Below are positions 23,918 through 33,534 of a stretch of DNA of 64,000 nucleotides, one piece after another; position 1 is the stretch's first letter; every line of letters begins with the position of its first letter. The DNA is taken from assembly GCA_964454265.1 (NCBI GenBank), contig CAYVXD010000001.1, forward strand, positions 13,136 to 77,135, in the 5' to 3' direction. The position numbers and the translations under genes are program-made. The notes under the pieces are model-generated. The model had not been told where the DNA came from, did no database searches, and saw only the letters and a program-made list of their open reading frames with translations. The DNA is from an uncultured Candidatus Sumerlaeota bacterium. Its GTDB lineage: Bacteria; Sumerlaeota; Sumerlaeia; MWCT01; JAUWMI01.

Positions 23918-25138
23918 TTGGGTATTGTTGTGCAGAAATTTGGTGGGTCATCCGTGGCGGATGCCAAGAGAATCATAAGTGTAACTCGGAGGGTGATTGC
24001 TGAGAAGGATAAGGGAAACCGGGTAGTCGTCGTGGTCTCGGCCATGGGGAAAACAACCGACAATCTGCTGGCCCTGGCCTCGCAGATCACAGACAGGCCC
24101 GATCCGCGCGAGATTGATATGCTCATCTCAACTGGTGAGCAGATTTCCATCTCGTTGCTGGCAATTGCCATTCAATCCATGGGCTATCCGGCAATTTCGT
24201 TCACCGGTCCCCAGATCGGCATTTTGACTGATCAGATTCATCGCAAGGCAAAAATTGTTCACATTAACGACGAGAAGATCAAACGGGCACTGGAGGAGGG
24301 AAAGGTTGTCATCGTTGCCGGTTTTCAGGGGTGCACCCTGGAAAACGAGATCACCACACTGGGCAGGGGCGGCTCAGACACTACTGCCGTTGCCCTGGCG
24401 GCCGTGCTCGGGGCCGACGTGTGTGATATTTATACGGATGTTGACGGCGTTTATACCACCGACCCGCGCATCGTTAAGAATGCCCGCAAGCTCGACCGTA
24501 TCTCATACGACGAAATGTTGGAACTTGCCAGCCAGGGCGCCAAGGTGCTCTATTCTCGCGCCGTGGAATTTGCAAAGAAATACAATGTTCCGGTTCATGT
24601 ACGGTCTAGCTTTAATGACAACCCCGGCACCATGGTAGTGAAGGAGGAGAAAGATATGGAAGATATTGTTGTCAGCGGCGTGGCCTATAACCGCGACGAG
24701 GCAAAGATTTCCATACTCGGCGTGCCCGATCGGCCGGGAATTGCCGCTGAAATATTTGGCAGTCTGGGCGACGCCAATATCATCGTAGATATGATTATTC
24801 AGAACGTGGCCGAGAAGGCACTGAACGATATCTCCTTTACCGTTGGAAAGGATGACTTCAACGAAGCCCTTAATGTCGCCAAGCAGGAATGCAAACGCCT
24901 CAAGGCACGGGATGTCGTCTACGATACAGAGATCGCCAAAGTCTCGGTGGTCGGCGTTGGCATGAAAAGTCATTGTAGCGTGGCAGCCAAGATGTTCAGG
25001 GCTCTGGCAAAGAACAATATTAATATCGAGATGATCAGCACCTCGGAAATCAAAATCTCGTGCATCATCAATGGCAAAGATCTCGACAAGGCTGTGCAGG
25101 CGATTCACGACGAGTTTGAACTCGAGGTCGCAAAATAA
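23918..25138 (+). CDS. lysC: Aspartate kinase (monofunctional, with C-terminal ACT domains)
   Basis: MGIVVQKFGGSSVAD plus the AAK-fold motifs VVVVSAMGKTTD. Two ACT repeats follow. Confidence 0.9.
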   Translation: MGIVVQKFGGSSVADAKRIISVTRRVIAEKDKGNRVVVVVSAMGKTTDNLLALASQITDRPDPREIDMLISTGEQISISLLAIAIQSMGYPAISFTGPQIGILTDQIHRKAKIVHINDEKIKRALEEGKVVIVAGFQGCTLENEITTLGRGGSDTTAVALAAVLGADVCDIYTDVDGVYTTDPRIVKNARKLDRISYDEMLELASQGAKVLYSRAVEFAKKYNVPVHVRSSFNDNPGTMVVKEEKDMEDIVVSGVAYNRDEAKISILGVPDRPGIAAEIFGSLGDANIIVDMIIQNVAEKALNDISFTVGKDDFNEALNVAKQECKRLKARDVVYDTEIAKVSVVGVGMKSHCSVAAKMFRALAKNNINIEMISTSEIKISCIINGKDLDKAVQAIHDEFELEVAK

Positions 25139-26091
25139 TGCCCAAAAAGGGAAAGCCGGTTGATCTCAAGCGTGTCACGACGTACCCCATCCGTAGCCGC
25201 GTGAGTAAACTGGATCAGTCGTTGCTGGCACGGCTTCCCTCGCCCGATAAGCCTCTGGCCGAGTTTTTCCGCACCTGGCCAAAACTGCTAAAGGCCAAGG
25301 AATTCCTCCGCATCGCTGAGCGCATGGCCCATGCTCACCGGACCGACCGTGCTGTTGTTTGGATGATGGGCGCACATCCGATCAAGTGCGGCCTCTCGCC
25401 TCTGATTGTTGATCTGATTAAGCGTAAGGTCATCACCTGTGTTGCCATGAATGGCGGTGCTGCTATCCACGACTTCGAACTCGCCTTCTTCGGCCACACG
25501 AGCGAAGACGTCGACCGCGGCCTCGAAGACGGTTCCTTTGGCATGGCCCAGGAAACCGGTGAAGGCATGAACAACATCATCAACGAAGGCGTGCGCCGCG
25601 GTTACGGCATTGGCGAGGCACTTGGGCAGAGCATCCTGCGCCGTGGCGCTAAATTCCAGGAACTCAGCATCCTCTGCCAGGGTTTCAAAGACAACCTTCC
25701 GGTAACCGTCCACATTGCCTTGGGCACTGATATCATTCATCAGCATCCAAACGTGGATGGCGTGGCGCTTGGCAAGGGTGGTATTCTGGATTTTCGGATC
25801 CTGGCAGGTCAGCTGCCGGGCTTAAACGATGGTGGGGTAGTGATCAATTGCGGCTCGGCTGTGATTATGCCCGAGGTCTTCTTGAAGGCCCTGACAATCG
25901 CCCGCAACCTTGGCAATAAGGTAAAAGACTTCACCGCTGTGAACCTGGATATGATCGAGCACTACCGACCTATGGCTAATGTCCTCACCCGGCCAACCAG
26001 CCTTGGCGGCGAAGCCTATTCAATCGTAGGGCATCACGAGATCATACTTCCGCTTTTGTACTCAGCGATTCTCACTCAACTCAAGTCTTGA
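25138..26091 (+). CDS. Deoxyhypusine synthase-family (DHS-like) protein, putative
   Basis: MMGAHPIKCGLSPLIVDLIKRKVITCVAMNGGAAIHDFE resembles the DHS NAD-binding region (V..TTAGG.EED.I). A Gly-rich region matches later. The start ATG overlaps the lysC TAA as TAATG. Confidence 0.4.
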   Translation: MPKKGKPVDLKRVTTYPIRSRVSKLDQSLLARLPSPDKPLAEFFRTWPKLLKAKEFLRIAERMAHAHRTDRAVVWMMGAHPIKCGLSPLIVDLIKRKVITCVAMNGGAAIHDFELAFFGHTSEDVDRGLEDGSFGMAQETGEGMNNIINEGVRRGYGIGEALGQSILRRGAKFQELSILCQGFKDNLPVTVHIALGTDIIHQHPNVDGVALGKGGILDFRILAGQLPGLNDGGVVINCGSAVIMPEVFLKALTIARNLGNKVKDFTAVNLDMIEHYRPMANVLTRPTSLGGEAYSIVGHHEIILPLLYSAILTQLKS

Positions 26092-26336
26092 TATCCGATA
26101 CCCGTTCTGTGTACTGATTAGATGTGGATTAACACAGGCAGAGTAGTGGGAAATCACAGACTGGGTTATAACGGGCAGGCGTTCAGCAATACGCGAACTT
26201 GCGCTGCAGAGCCATCTTTGGCACTGCCCGTCCTTAGGAGCCGCAAAATTTGCCTTGCAAAAATCAACCGGAATTGTGATAGATAAATATGGAGTCGGTT
26301 GAGTATTATTAAATTTGTGCGCACGGGCTCGGCCTG

Positions 26337-27635
26337 ATGAACATTACGCTTCAATGCATTGATTGTGGAAAGCAGTACGATCCGCTGGAGCTTCGCTACA
26401 CGTGCGATTGCGGCGGCCTGCTCGACGCGATTCATGATCTCGACCGCCTGAAATCCTTGCCTCTTAAACAGCTCTTCGACGAGCGCTGGAACTCGCGCTC
26501 GTTTCCCTACAACTCCGGGGTCTGGCGCTATAGGGAACTCATTATTCCTGTTGATGATCAGTTCATAGTATCTAAACCGGAAGGGAACACCAATCTGTAT
26601 CCCGCCGGAAAGGCGGGTGAGTATGCTGGCCTGCGCCGCATGTTTCTCAAACATGAAGGTGAGAATCCCACCAGTTCATTTAAAGATCGTGGGATGACCT
26701 GCGGTATCACTATGGCACGGCTACTGCACGCCGACACTGTCGCCTGTGCCTCCACTGGCAACACCTCTGCCTCTATGACCGCCTACGCGGCCCTCGCTGG
26801 CATGCGGGCCATCATCTTCATCCCCGAAGGCAAGATCAGCTACGGCAAGCTAACCCAGGCCCTGGCGTACGGCGGGAAAACGTTCCAGATTCAGGGCAAT
26901 TTTGACGACGCCATGGCCCTCGTGGTGGAGGTCTGTAAGGAACTTAATATCTACCTTCTTAACTCCATCAACCCGTTCCGCATTGAAGGCCAGAAAGCAA
27001 TTGGCTTTGAGGTGCTTCAGCAGCTCAACTGGCAGATGCCAGACTGGTTCGTGCTGCCAGGGGGAAACCTGGGCAACAACAGTGCGCTGTCTAAAGGGCT
27101 GAAGGAGCTTTTCGACATTGGCCTTATTACTAAGATTCCGCGCATTGCTGTAATTCAGGCCGAAGGCGCCAACCCTCTTTACAAAATGTGGAAAGAGAAA
27201 ACTGCTTTCAAACCGGTCAGGCAACCCGAGACCATTGCAACCGCCATCAAAATCGGGAATCCCATCTCGTGGAAAAAGGCCATGCGAGGCATTGAGTGGA
27301 GCAACGGCGTTGTTGAGCAGGTCTCGGAGCAGGAAATCATGGATGCCAAAGCGTGGGTGGATGCCGTGGGAATTGGTGCTGAGCCTGCTTCTTGCTGCTC
27401 CATTGCTGGCGCTAAAAAGCTAGTTGAAAAGGGCGTGATCCATCCTGATGAACTGGTCATTGGTATTCTAACCGGTCATCTGCTCAAGGATCCTGAAGCC
27501 GTAATTCGCTACCACACGGGTGACCTCAAGTCGCTAGGGATTGAGTCGAGGTATGCGAATGCGCCGATTCGGATTGAACCTACACTTGATGCGGTGAGGG
27601 AGGCGCTCTATGAAGTACGTCGTGTTTCTCGCTGA
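26337..27635 (+). CDS. thrC: Threonine synthase
   Basis: N-terminal Cys4 zinc ribbon (CIDCGK...CDCGG), the PLP lysine motif SFKDRGM and the SINPFRIEGQK motif. Confidence 0.85.
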   Translation: MNITLQCIDCGKQYDPLELRYTCDCGGLLDAIHDLDRLKSLPLKQLFDERWNSRSFPYNSGVWRYRELIIPVDDQFIVSKPEGNTNLYPAGKAGEYAGLRRMFLKHEGENPTSSFKDRGMTCGITMARLLHADTVACASTGNTSASMTAYAALAGMRAIIFIPEGKISYGKLTQALAYGGKTFQIQGNFDDAMALVVEVCKELNIYLLNSINPFRIEGQKAIGFEVLQQLNWQMPDWFVLPGGNLGNNSALSKGLKELFDIGLITKIPRIAVIQAEGANPLYKMWKEKTAFKPVRQPETIATAIKIGNPISWKKAMRGIEWSNGVVEQVSEQEIMDAKAWVDAVGIGAEPASCCSIAGAKKLVEKGVIHPDELVIGILTGHLLKDPEAVIRYHTGDLKSLGIESRYANAPIRIEPTLDAVREALYEVRRVSR

Positions 27636-28815
27636 CGGAATGGCTGACGAGCCACTCCCGGAGCTCTCAAACAAAACACCACTTATGGTCGCTCGTACGC
27701 CTCACCTTGATCGCCTGGCGCGTAACGGCCGATGCGGAACACTCCTCACCTTGCCCGAAGGCTTTCCCACCAGCTCAGACGTTGCGAACCTCTCAGTGCT
27801 CGGCTACGACCTTGCATCCTGCTATACGGGTCGCGGCCCTCTTGAAGCAATCAGCCAGGGCATTAAACTCGGCCCTCATGATGTCGCATTCCGCTGTAAC
27901 CTGATCACTGCGAAGGACGGCGTCCTTGACGAATACTCGGGCGGGCACATCAGTAGCGAGGAAGCGTGCGAACTCATACATGCCCTGGACGAAAAATTTG
28001 GCACTCCCAAAATCCGCTTCCATCCGGGCGTTAGTTATCGGAACATTCTGATTCTTTCTGGCGAGGAGTTTTCTGACCAACTTGAATACCACAAGCCCGA
28101 TAGCTCCCACGGTATGGCGATTCGCTCGATCTTGCTTGCGCCGAAGGAGCCAGATGCGAAAGCGACCGCAGAGCTCCTCAATCAGATGACTCTCGATTCG
28201 GAAGATTTGCTCAGCAGCCATCCAGTTAACAAGAAACGCGTTTCCGAGGGAAAGAAACCTGCTAATATGATCTGGCTATGGAGCCCGGGTAAAAAGCCTG
28301 AGCTCGAAGCCTTTCACCGCAAGTACGGCCGCCACGGTGCCATTATCTCGGCCGTTGACGTCATCTTTGGCATTGGTATTGCTGCTGGCATGAAGATCAT
28401 CAAAGTGCCAGGCGCAACCGGCTATATTGATACGAATTACGAAGGGAAAGCTGATGCTGCGCTTAAGGCACTCCAACGCGTGGACTTTGTGTATGTGCAC
28501 GTTGAAGCGATTGACGAAGTCAGCCACCTTGGTAAGCTTGACCTTAAGCTGCAGGCGATCAAAGACTTCGACCGCCGAGTGTTAGGCCATTTCCTCGAAC
28601 GCTGCCCACCCGGTGTGACTGTTGCTGTTCTGCCCGACCATCCTGTGCCCCTCAAACTCCGCAAGCACACCCGCACACCCGTGCCATTTGCCATCTACAA
28701 ACCCGGAACAACGCCTGACATGGTTGCTGAGTTTAATGAGTATTCCTGCCACGAAGGGAGTCTCGGCGAGCTCAAAGGCGATGGCTTTATGAAAGCTCTC
28801 TTCCGTACCGCATGA
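27610..28815 (+). CDS. Cofactor-independent phosphoglycerate mutase-like (ApgM/alkaline-phosphatase superfamily) protein; proposed non-orthologous homoserine kinase
   Basis: MKYVVFLADGMADEPLPEL..KTPL is the ApgM-family N-terminus. The start overlaps the thrC end by 26 nt. This family is known to cluster with thrA/thrC in Bacteroides-type thr operons. Confidence 0.6.
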   Translation: MKYVVFLADGMADEPLPELSNKTPLMVARTPHLDRLARNGRCGTLLTLPEGFPTSSDVANLSVLGYDLASCYTGRGPLEAISQGIKLGPHDVAFRCNLITAKDGVLDEYSGGHISSEEACELIHALDEKFGTPKIRFHPGVSYRNILILSGEEFSDQLEYHKPDSSHGMAIRSILLAPKEPDAKATAELLNQMTLDSEDLLSSHPVNKKRVSEGKKPANMIWLWSPGKKPELEAFHRKYGRHGAIISAVDVIFGIGIAAGMKIIKVPGATGYIDTNYEGKADAALKALQRVDFVYVHVEAIDEVSHLGKLDLKLQAIKDFDRRVLGHFLERCPPGVTVAVLPDHPVPLKLRKHTRTPVPFAIYKPGTTPDMVAEFNEYSCHEGSLGELKGDGFMKALFRTA

Positions 28816-29122
28816 TGTTGACACCCGCCTTGTAAACCCTAGCGAACTCTGAAAATGACCTGATCTGAATCCTGCTGGCACGAAATAGAATTTATGGCGT
28901 AGCCACTGCTGGAACGACGAAATATTTTCTCCGAGCATCAGCTATCGTATCATAAAACTTCTATCAAGCGGACAGCAACCACAGCGAATTTTTCCAAGGA
29001 GCCCTTTATTCAAATTCCTGCCAGGTCTATAACCCTTTCCGGCCTTGCACCATGCCTGAACAAGGCAACTGTGCGGCAGTGTTTGGTCACCCCTCAAGCC
29101 GTCTGAGTGTAATGAAAAAGCA

Positions 29123-29151
29123 TTGACTTTTCATGGGGTTTCTCCTATCAA
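29123..29151 (+). promoter_or_regulatory. Sigma70-like promoter (TTGACT-N17-TATCAA) upstream of hisH
   Basis: TTGACT at 29123-29128, a 17-nt spacer, then TATCAA at 29146-29151. It is about 50 nt upstream of the hisH ATG. Confidence 0.35.
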
Positions 29152-29199
29152 GAGACTTCTTAAATTTCAGAGTTGATTTTTTTACCTTATGGCACTGAA

Positions 29200-29814
29200 A
29201 TGAGCATCGTTATTATAGATTATGGGATGGGGAATCTGCGCAGTGTGGAGAAGGCGTTTGTGCGCCTGGGGTTTACGGTGGAGATTACGTCTGACCCGGA
29301 CGCTATCAATCGCGCAGAAAAGATTGTAGTACCCGGTGTTGGCGCTTTTGGCGACGCCATGCGCGAGTTGCGCGAGCGCGGTCTAATCGAGCCTCTTCTG
29401 TGCGCAATCACTGATCAGCGTCCCTTTCTTGGCATCTGCCTTGGCTTGCAGGTGCTCTTTGAAGGAAGCGAAGAAGCCCCAAATGTCCCAGGACTTGGCG
29501 TGATCCCAGGTCTCGTGAAGCGCCTTCAGACCGACCTTAAGGTGCCCCATATGGGCTGGAATACGCTTCATGTTATTCGCCGTCCCCCGATCCTTGACGG
29601 CATTTCCGACAGCGCCTACGTCTATTTTGTCCATTCCTACTACGTTGAGCCGATGGATGGCTCCGTCACTGCAACCACAACAGACTATGGCATTTCGTTC
29701 ACCTCGATGATCTGGAGGGGCAACCTTTTTGCCACTCAGTTCCACCCCGAGAAGAGCCAGGCAGTGGGGTTAGAGATTCTAAAAAAGTTCGGAGAATATC
29801 GTGGCGAAACCTGA
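29200..29814 (+). CDS. hisH: Imidazole glycerol phosphate synthase glutamine amidotransferase subunit
   Basis: IVIIDYGMGNLRSV, the catalytic Cys region GICLGLQ and PHMGWN are HisH signatures (class I GATase). No hisF lies next to it. Confidence 0.75.
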   Translation: MSIVIIDYGMGNLRSVEKAFVRLGFTVEITSDPDAINRAEKIVVPGVGAFGDAMRELRERGLIEPLLCAITDQRPFLGICLGLQVLFEGSEEAPNVPGLGVIPGLVKRLQTDLKVPHMGWNTLHVIRRPPILDGISDSAYVYFVHSYYVEPMDGSVTATTTDYGISFTSMIWRGNLFATQFHPEKSQAVGLEILKKFGEYRGET

Positions 29815-30736
29815 TCAAACGGGCATCAGAATCAAAGTACCCGCATCTACCACAAATCTTGGGCCAGGCTATGATTGCCTAGGCCTTGCTCTGAAACTTT
29901 ACAATTATATTGAATTCGAGCGGCTGCCGCGCGGAAAAACGCAGCTCATCTGGCAAGGCGAACAAAATGACGCCATGCGTCCGCATGTTGAGAAGCTCGT
30001 ACTGCGAGCAGCAAGAGAGATATTTGATTTGTGCGGAGTTAGTGCTCCAGGCTTGAGAATTACCTTGAAGCTCAATATCCCCATTGCACGAGGGCTTGGC
30101 AGTAGTGCAACCGCCATTATCGCCGGCATGGTCGCAGCGAATGAATTATGTGGCAGTCGGATTTCCCGAGAAAAGCTTCTGGTACAGAGCGCAAAGTTTG
30201 AAGGGCATCCTGACAACGTCACGGCTTGCTTTCTGGGTGGTTTAACTGCTTCAACGTTTAGTGGAGATGGTCTTGCGATCAGGAAGTATCGACTCAGAAG
30301 TGCGCTCAAAGTGGTTGTTGTTGTCCCCTCCTATGGTCTGGAAACCAGAAAGGCGCGCGCGGTGATTCCGAAGCACGTGAAGCACCGTGACGCAGTGTTT
30401 AACCTCAGCCGCGTTCCTCTGGTGATTGATCGCCTGGTTACGGGCGAATTATCTGACCTTCAGCGCTTGATGCAGGATCGCCTCCACCAGCCTTATCGTA
30501 AACCGTTGATTAAAGGTTATGACCAGATTGTCAGAGCCGGCCTGAATGCAGGTGCGGGTGCAGTAGTACTCAGCGGCGCAGGCCCTTCCATGGTCGCTTT
30601 TTGCACCTCCAATGTTGAACAGGTTGCCACGTCCATGGGGGAGATTCTGAGCACCCTTAACATATCAAACTACGTCTTGATTCTCTCGCCGGATAATCGC
30701 GGAACCGTTGTCGAACACTTTGACCGTATCTCATAG
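29801..30736 (+). CDS. thrB: Homoserine kinase (GHMP kinase)
   Basis: KVPASTTNLGPGYDCLGLAL, the GHMP motif PIARGLGSSAT and the expected length of about 310 aa. Confidence 0.85.
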   Translation: MAKPDQTGIRIKVPASTTNLGPGYDCLGLALKLYNYIEFERLPRGKTQLIWQGEQNDAMRPHVEKLVLRAAREIFDLCGVSAPGLRITLKLNIPIARGLGSSATAIIAGMVAANELCGSRISREKLLVQSAKFEGHPDNVTACFLGGLTASTFSGDGLAIRKYRLRSALKVVVVVPSYGLETRKARAVIPKHVKHRDAVFNLSRVPLVIDRLVTGELSDLQRLMQDRLHQPYRKPLIKGYDQIVRAGLNAGAGAVVLSGAGPSMVAFCTSNVEQVATSMGEILSTLNISNYVLILSPDNRGTVVEHFDRIS

Positions 30737-30796
30737 ACTTTTTACATTATCAACTCCCTTCGAAACGTCAGTGGGGCAGGGCCTGGAGCATGTGTA

Positions 30797-32002
30797 ATGC
30801 CTGATCTGAAGGTAACATTTTGTGGCGTTCCTTTTGAGAATCCCTTTCTGCTTGCCGCAGCACCATCAACAGATGAGCTCGACATGGTGCGACGCGCTTA
30901 CGAGTCCGGATGGGCAGGCGCAGTATTAAAAACAACATCTGTGGTCGGTACGCGTGTACCCCTCAGGTACCCGCTCCTGGCTGCATCGGCCGACCCGAAT
31001 CGCAAGCTCTATGCCTTGGGCAACATTGATCTGATCTCGAAGTATCACGTTGACGTTGTGGCGGAGCGCATACAGACACTTGCTCGCGAATTCCCGGAGA
31101 AGGTCACAGTTCCCAGCATCATGGGCGCTACGCTGGAACAGTGGAAGACCCTGGTTCATATATGCGAGCAGGCAGGGGCCAGAGTCATTGAGTGCAGCGT
31201 CAGCTGTCCACAAGGCACGCTTGGATCAAAGCCCGGCTTGATGTTGGGCCAGGATGTTGGGTTGGTTGAGGAGATCACGCGCTTGCTCGTCAGCGCCGCC
31301 ACGGTCTCCCGTATTGTGGTGAAACTTACTCCACTCGTAGCTGATATTGTTGAAACTGCCCGTGCTGTGAAACGAGCAGGGGCACATGCGGTCTCCGCAA
31401 TCAACACCATACCATCTCTCATGGGTGTTGATCTCGAAACTCTGGTTCCTCAGCCTGATGTTGGCGGCAAATCTACTTACAGCGGGCTCTCGGGTCCGGC
31501 GATAAAACCCGTGATGCTTCGGGCTGTTGCAGAAATTGTGCGCCATACCGGCCTGGAGGTGACGGCTACCGGCGGGATTATGAGCTGGCGCGATAGCGTG
31601 GAATCATTGCTGGTTGGAGCTCGTACGGTGCAGCTCTGCACGGCAGTGATGCTGAATGGCTTCGGTGTTATCAATGAGTTGCGCGATGGCCTGCAGCGCT
31701 TTATGGAGGGCAAGGGATTCGAGCACGTAGAAGATGTCATTGGCCGGTCCCTCCCGCACATTGTCACCTTCGACGAGCTACCCGAGCAGTTTCACGTGCG
31801 AGCGCGGATTGATCTGACAAAATGTACCCGATGTGGCCGATGCTTTATTGCTTGTCGCGATGGCGGTCACGTGGCTGTTCGCATGGAAGCAGATAAACAA
31901 CCAAGCATTGACGACACACGATGCGTGGGGTGCGGCTTGTGCCAAATTGTCTGTCCGGTTGAGCGCTGTATCAGTATGGCTGCAATAGCGAAGTCCCCTT
32001 GA
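30797..32002 (+). CDS. Dihydroorotate/dihydropyrimidine dehydrogenase-family flavoprotein with two C-terminal 4Fe-4S ferredoxin motifs (PreA-like)
   Basis: DHOD-like TIM barrel (VPFENPFLLAAAP, KLTPL, TATGGI) plus CTRCGRCFIAC and CVGCGLCQIVCP cluster motifs. Length 401 aa, like E. coli PreA. Confidence 0.65.
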   Translation: MPDLKVTFCGVPFENPFLLAAAPSTDELDMVRRAYESGWAGAVLKTTSVVGTRVPLRYPLLAASADPNRKLYALGNIDLISKYHVDVVAERIQTLAREFPEKVTVPSIMGATLEQWKTLVHICEQAGARVIECSVSCPQGTLGSKPGLMLGQDVGLVEEITRLLVSAATVSRIVVKLTPLVADIVETARAVKRAGAHAVSAINTIPSLMGVDLETLVPQPDVGGKSTYSGLSGPAIKPVMLRAVAEIVRHTGLEVTATGGIMSWRDSVESLLVGARTVQLCTAVMLNGFGVINELRDGLQRFMEGKGFEHVEDVIGRSLPHIVTFDELPEQFHVRARIDLTKCTRCGRCFIACRDGGHVAVRMEADKQPSIDDTRCVGCGLCQIVCPVERCISMAAIAKSP

Positions 32003-32008
32003 GGAGGG

Positions 32009-33346
32009 TTGTGTGTGATTATTTACAATGCAACGGTCATCTCAGTCGGTGCAAAGCCACTGCTTATTCCGAATGGGGCTGTGTATGTTCGCGATGATCG
32101 GATTGTAGACGTAGGGAAGAGCTCTCGCATCATGAAGGCCTACAGGTCGGCGGGCTCTATTAATGCTAATGGTAAAGTGTTGATGCCAGGGTTGATTAAC
32201 AGCCATACGCATCTGTACAGCACATTTGCGCTGGGCATGCCATCAATTGGACAGCAACCTCGCAATTTCATGCAGACGCTGAGAAGAGTCTGGTGGCGTC
32301 TGGACAGGGCACTCTCTGAGGAAGCGATTCGGCTCAGCGCACTGCTTTCGCTGGCTCAGGCAATTCGTGCCGGCACCACTACGTTGATTGACCATCATTC
32401 GAGCCCCAACGCGATCCGCGGAAGCCTCGATTGCCTTAGCAACATTGTTGAACGTGTAGGCATTCGCGCATGTATGAGTTACGAGGTTTCGGATCGCGAC
32501 GGGAAACGCTGCACTCGCGAAGGAATTGAAGAAAACGTACGCTTCCTCCAGGCAATAAATCGTCGCTCATCTCTGGTGCGCGGCATGTTTGGTCTACATT
32601 CCTCGTTTACCCTGTCTGATGAGACGCTGCGCCGGTGTGTCACTGCAGCCCGAGCCGTTAATGCGGGATTTCATCTCCATTGTGCGGAATCTTTGACTGA
32701 CAATGAAGACAGCATGAAGAAATACGGAAAAGGTGTGGTAGAGCGACTGGCCAAAGTCAGCGTTCTGGGGCCTCAGACCATTCTGGCGCACTGCGTTCAT
32801 ATTTCTGATGCGCAAATCAGCCTCTTGGCCAAAACCCGCACAATGGTCGCTCACAACCCACGATCAAATATGAACAACGCGGTGGGCTGTGCTCCACTCA
32901 CGCACATGCTCAAGCGTGGCGTAACCGTGGGATTAGGAACCGACGGCATGTCGGAATCGATGTGGGACGAGCTGAAGACAGGCGTCTTGCTCCATAAACA
33001 CGTTGGCCGAGACGTGCGCGCAGGCACCAGTGGGATGATCACTGCACTGTTTCAAAACAATGCGCGCATAGCCAGCCAGATTTTTAACACAAAGATCGGC
33101 GTAATTGAAAAACGTGCAAAGGCCGATCTGATTCTGGTTGACTACTACATGCCAACGCCGCTAACCAAGGAAAACCTTGCGGCACACGTTCTCTTTGGCA
33201 TTGCAAATGCACCGGTTGATACCACAATTGTAAATGGTAAAATTCTCATGCGGAACAGGAAATTGCGCGGAATTGATGAGAGCAGGATTGCAACGCGCGG
33301 CCGAAAAATTGCCAGGCTGCTCTGGCGTCGCATGGTCTCTTCGTAG
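32009..33346 (+). CDS. SsnA-like amidohydrolase (chlorohydrolase/aminohydrolase family)
   Basis: VLMPGLINSHTHLYST is the metal-binding HxH motif, with later HLHCAES and GLGTDG motifs. Length 445 aa, like SsnA. Its stop codon is embedded in the palindrome at 33343-33370. Confidence 0.65.
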   Translation: MCVIIYNATVISVGAKPLLIPNGAVYVRDDRIVDVGKSSRIMKAYRSAGSINANGKVLMPGLINSHTHLYSTFALGMPSIGQQPRNFMQTLRRVWWRLDRALSEEAIRLSALLSLAQAIRAGTTTLIDHHSSPNAIRGSLDCLSNIVERVGIRACMSYEVSDRDGKRCTREGIEENVRFLQAINRRSSLVRGMFGLHSSFTLSDETLRRCVTAARAVNAGFHLHCAESLTDNEDSMKKYGKGVVERLAKVSVLGPQTILAHCVHISDAQISLLAKTRTMVAHNPRSNMNNAVGCAPLTHMLKRGVTVGLGTDGMSESMWDELKTGVLLHKHVGRDVRAGTSGMITALFQNNARIASQIFNTKIGVIEKRAKADLILVDYYMPTPLTKENLAAHVLFGIANAPVDTTIVNGKILMRNRKLRGIDESRIATRGRKIARLLWRRMVSS

Positions 33347-33370
33347 GGGCAATTCATGAATTGTCCCTAC
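33343..33370. repeat. REP-like 28-bp near-perfect palindrome, copy 1 (GTAGGGGCAATTCATGAATTGTCCCTAC)
   Basis: The two arms are reverse complements except for one position per arm. The sequence overlaps the TAG stop of the upstream gene. Confidence 0.8.
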
Positions 33371-33460
33371 ATTATTTATTGTATGCAAGAAAGGGAGAAG
33401 AGGCATCGGCATAAGGTTCTTGTATGTTACAAGGTTTTGCGATTTAATAATGTAATTTTT

Positions 33461-33489
33461 GTAGGGGCAGGTTTAAAACCTGCGCCTAC
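33461..33489. repeat. REP-like palindrome, copy 2 (GTAGGGGCAGGTTTAAAACCTGCGCCTAC)
   Basis: Same GTAGGGGC...GCCCCTAC-type arms with a different palindromic core. It has the same left flank, TTTTTGTAGGGG. Confidence 0.75.
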
Positions 33490-33534
33490 CGTGACAAAGA
33501 AGAGCAGAGTATTTCCCGGTAAGGAGTATTCCCC

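Noticed and set aside
29200-29814. Reassigning hisH as PdxT or another class I amidotransferase because it lacks a hisF neighbour
   Set aside because: The GMGNLRSV and PHMGWN motifs are HisH-specific. Orphan placement alone is not enough to rename it.
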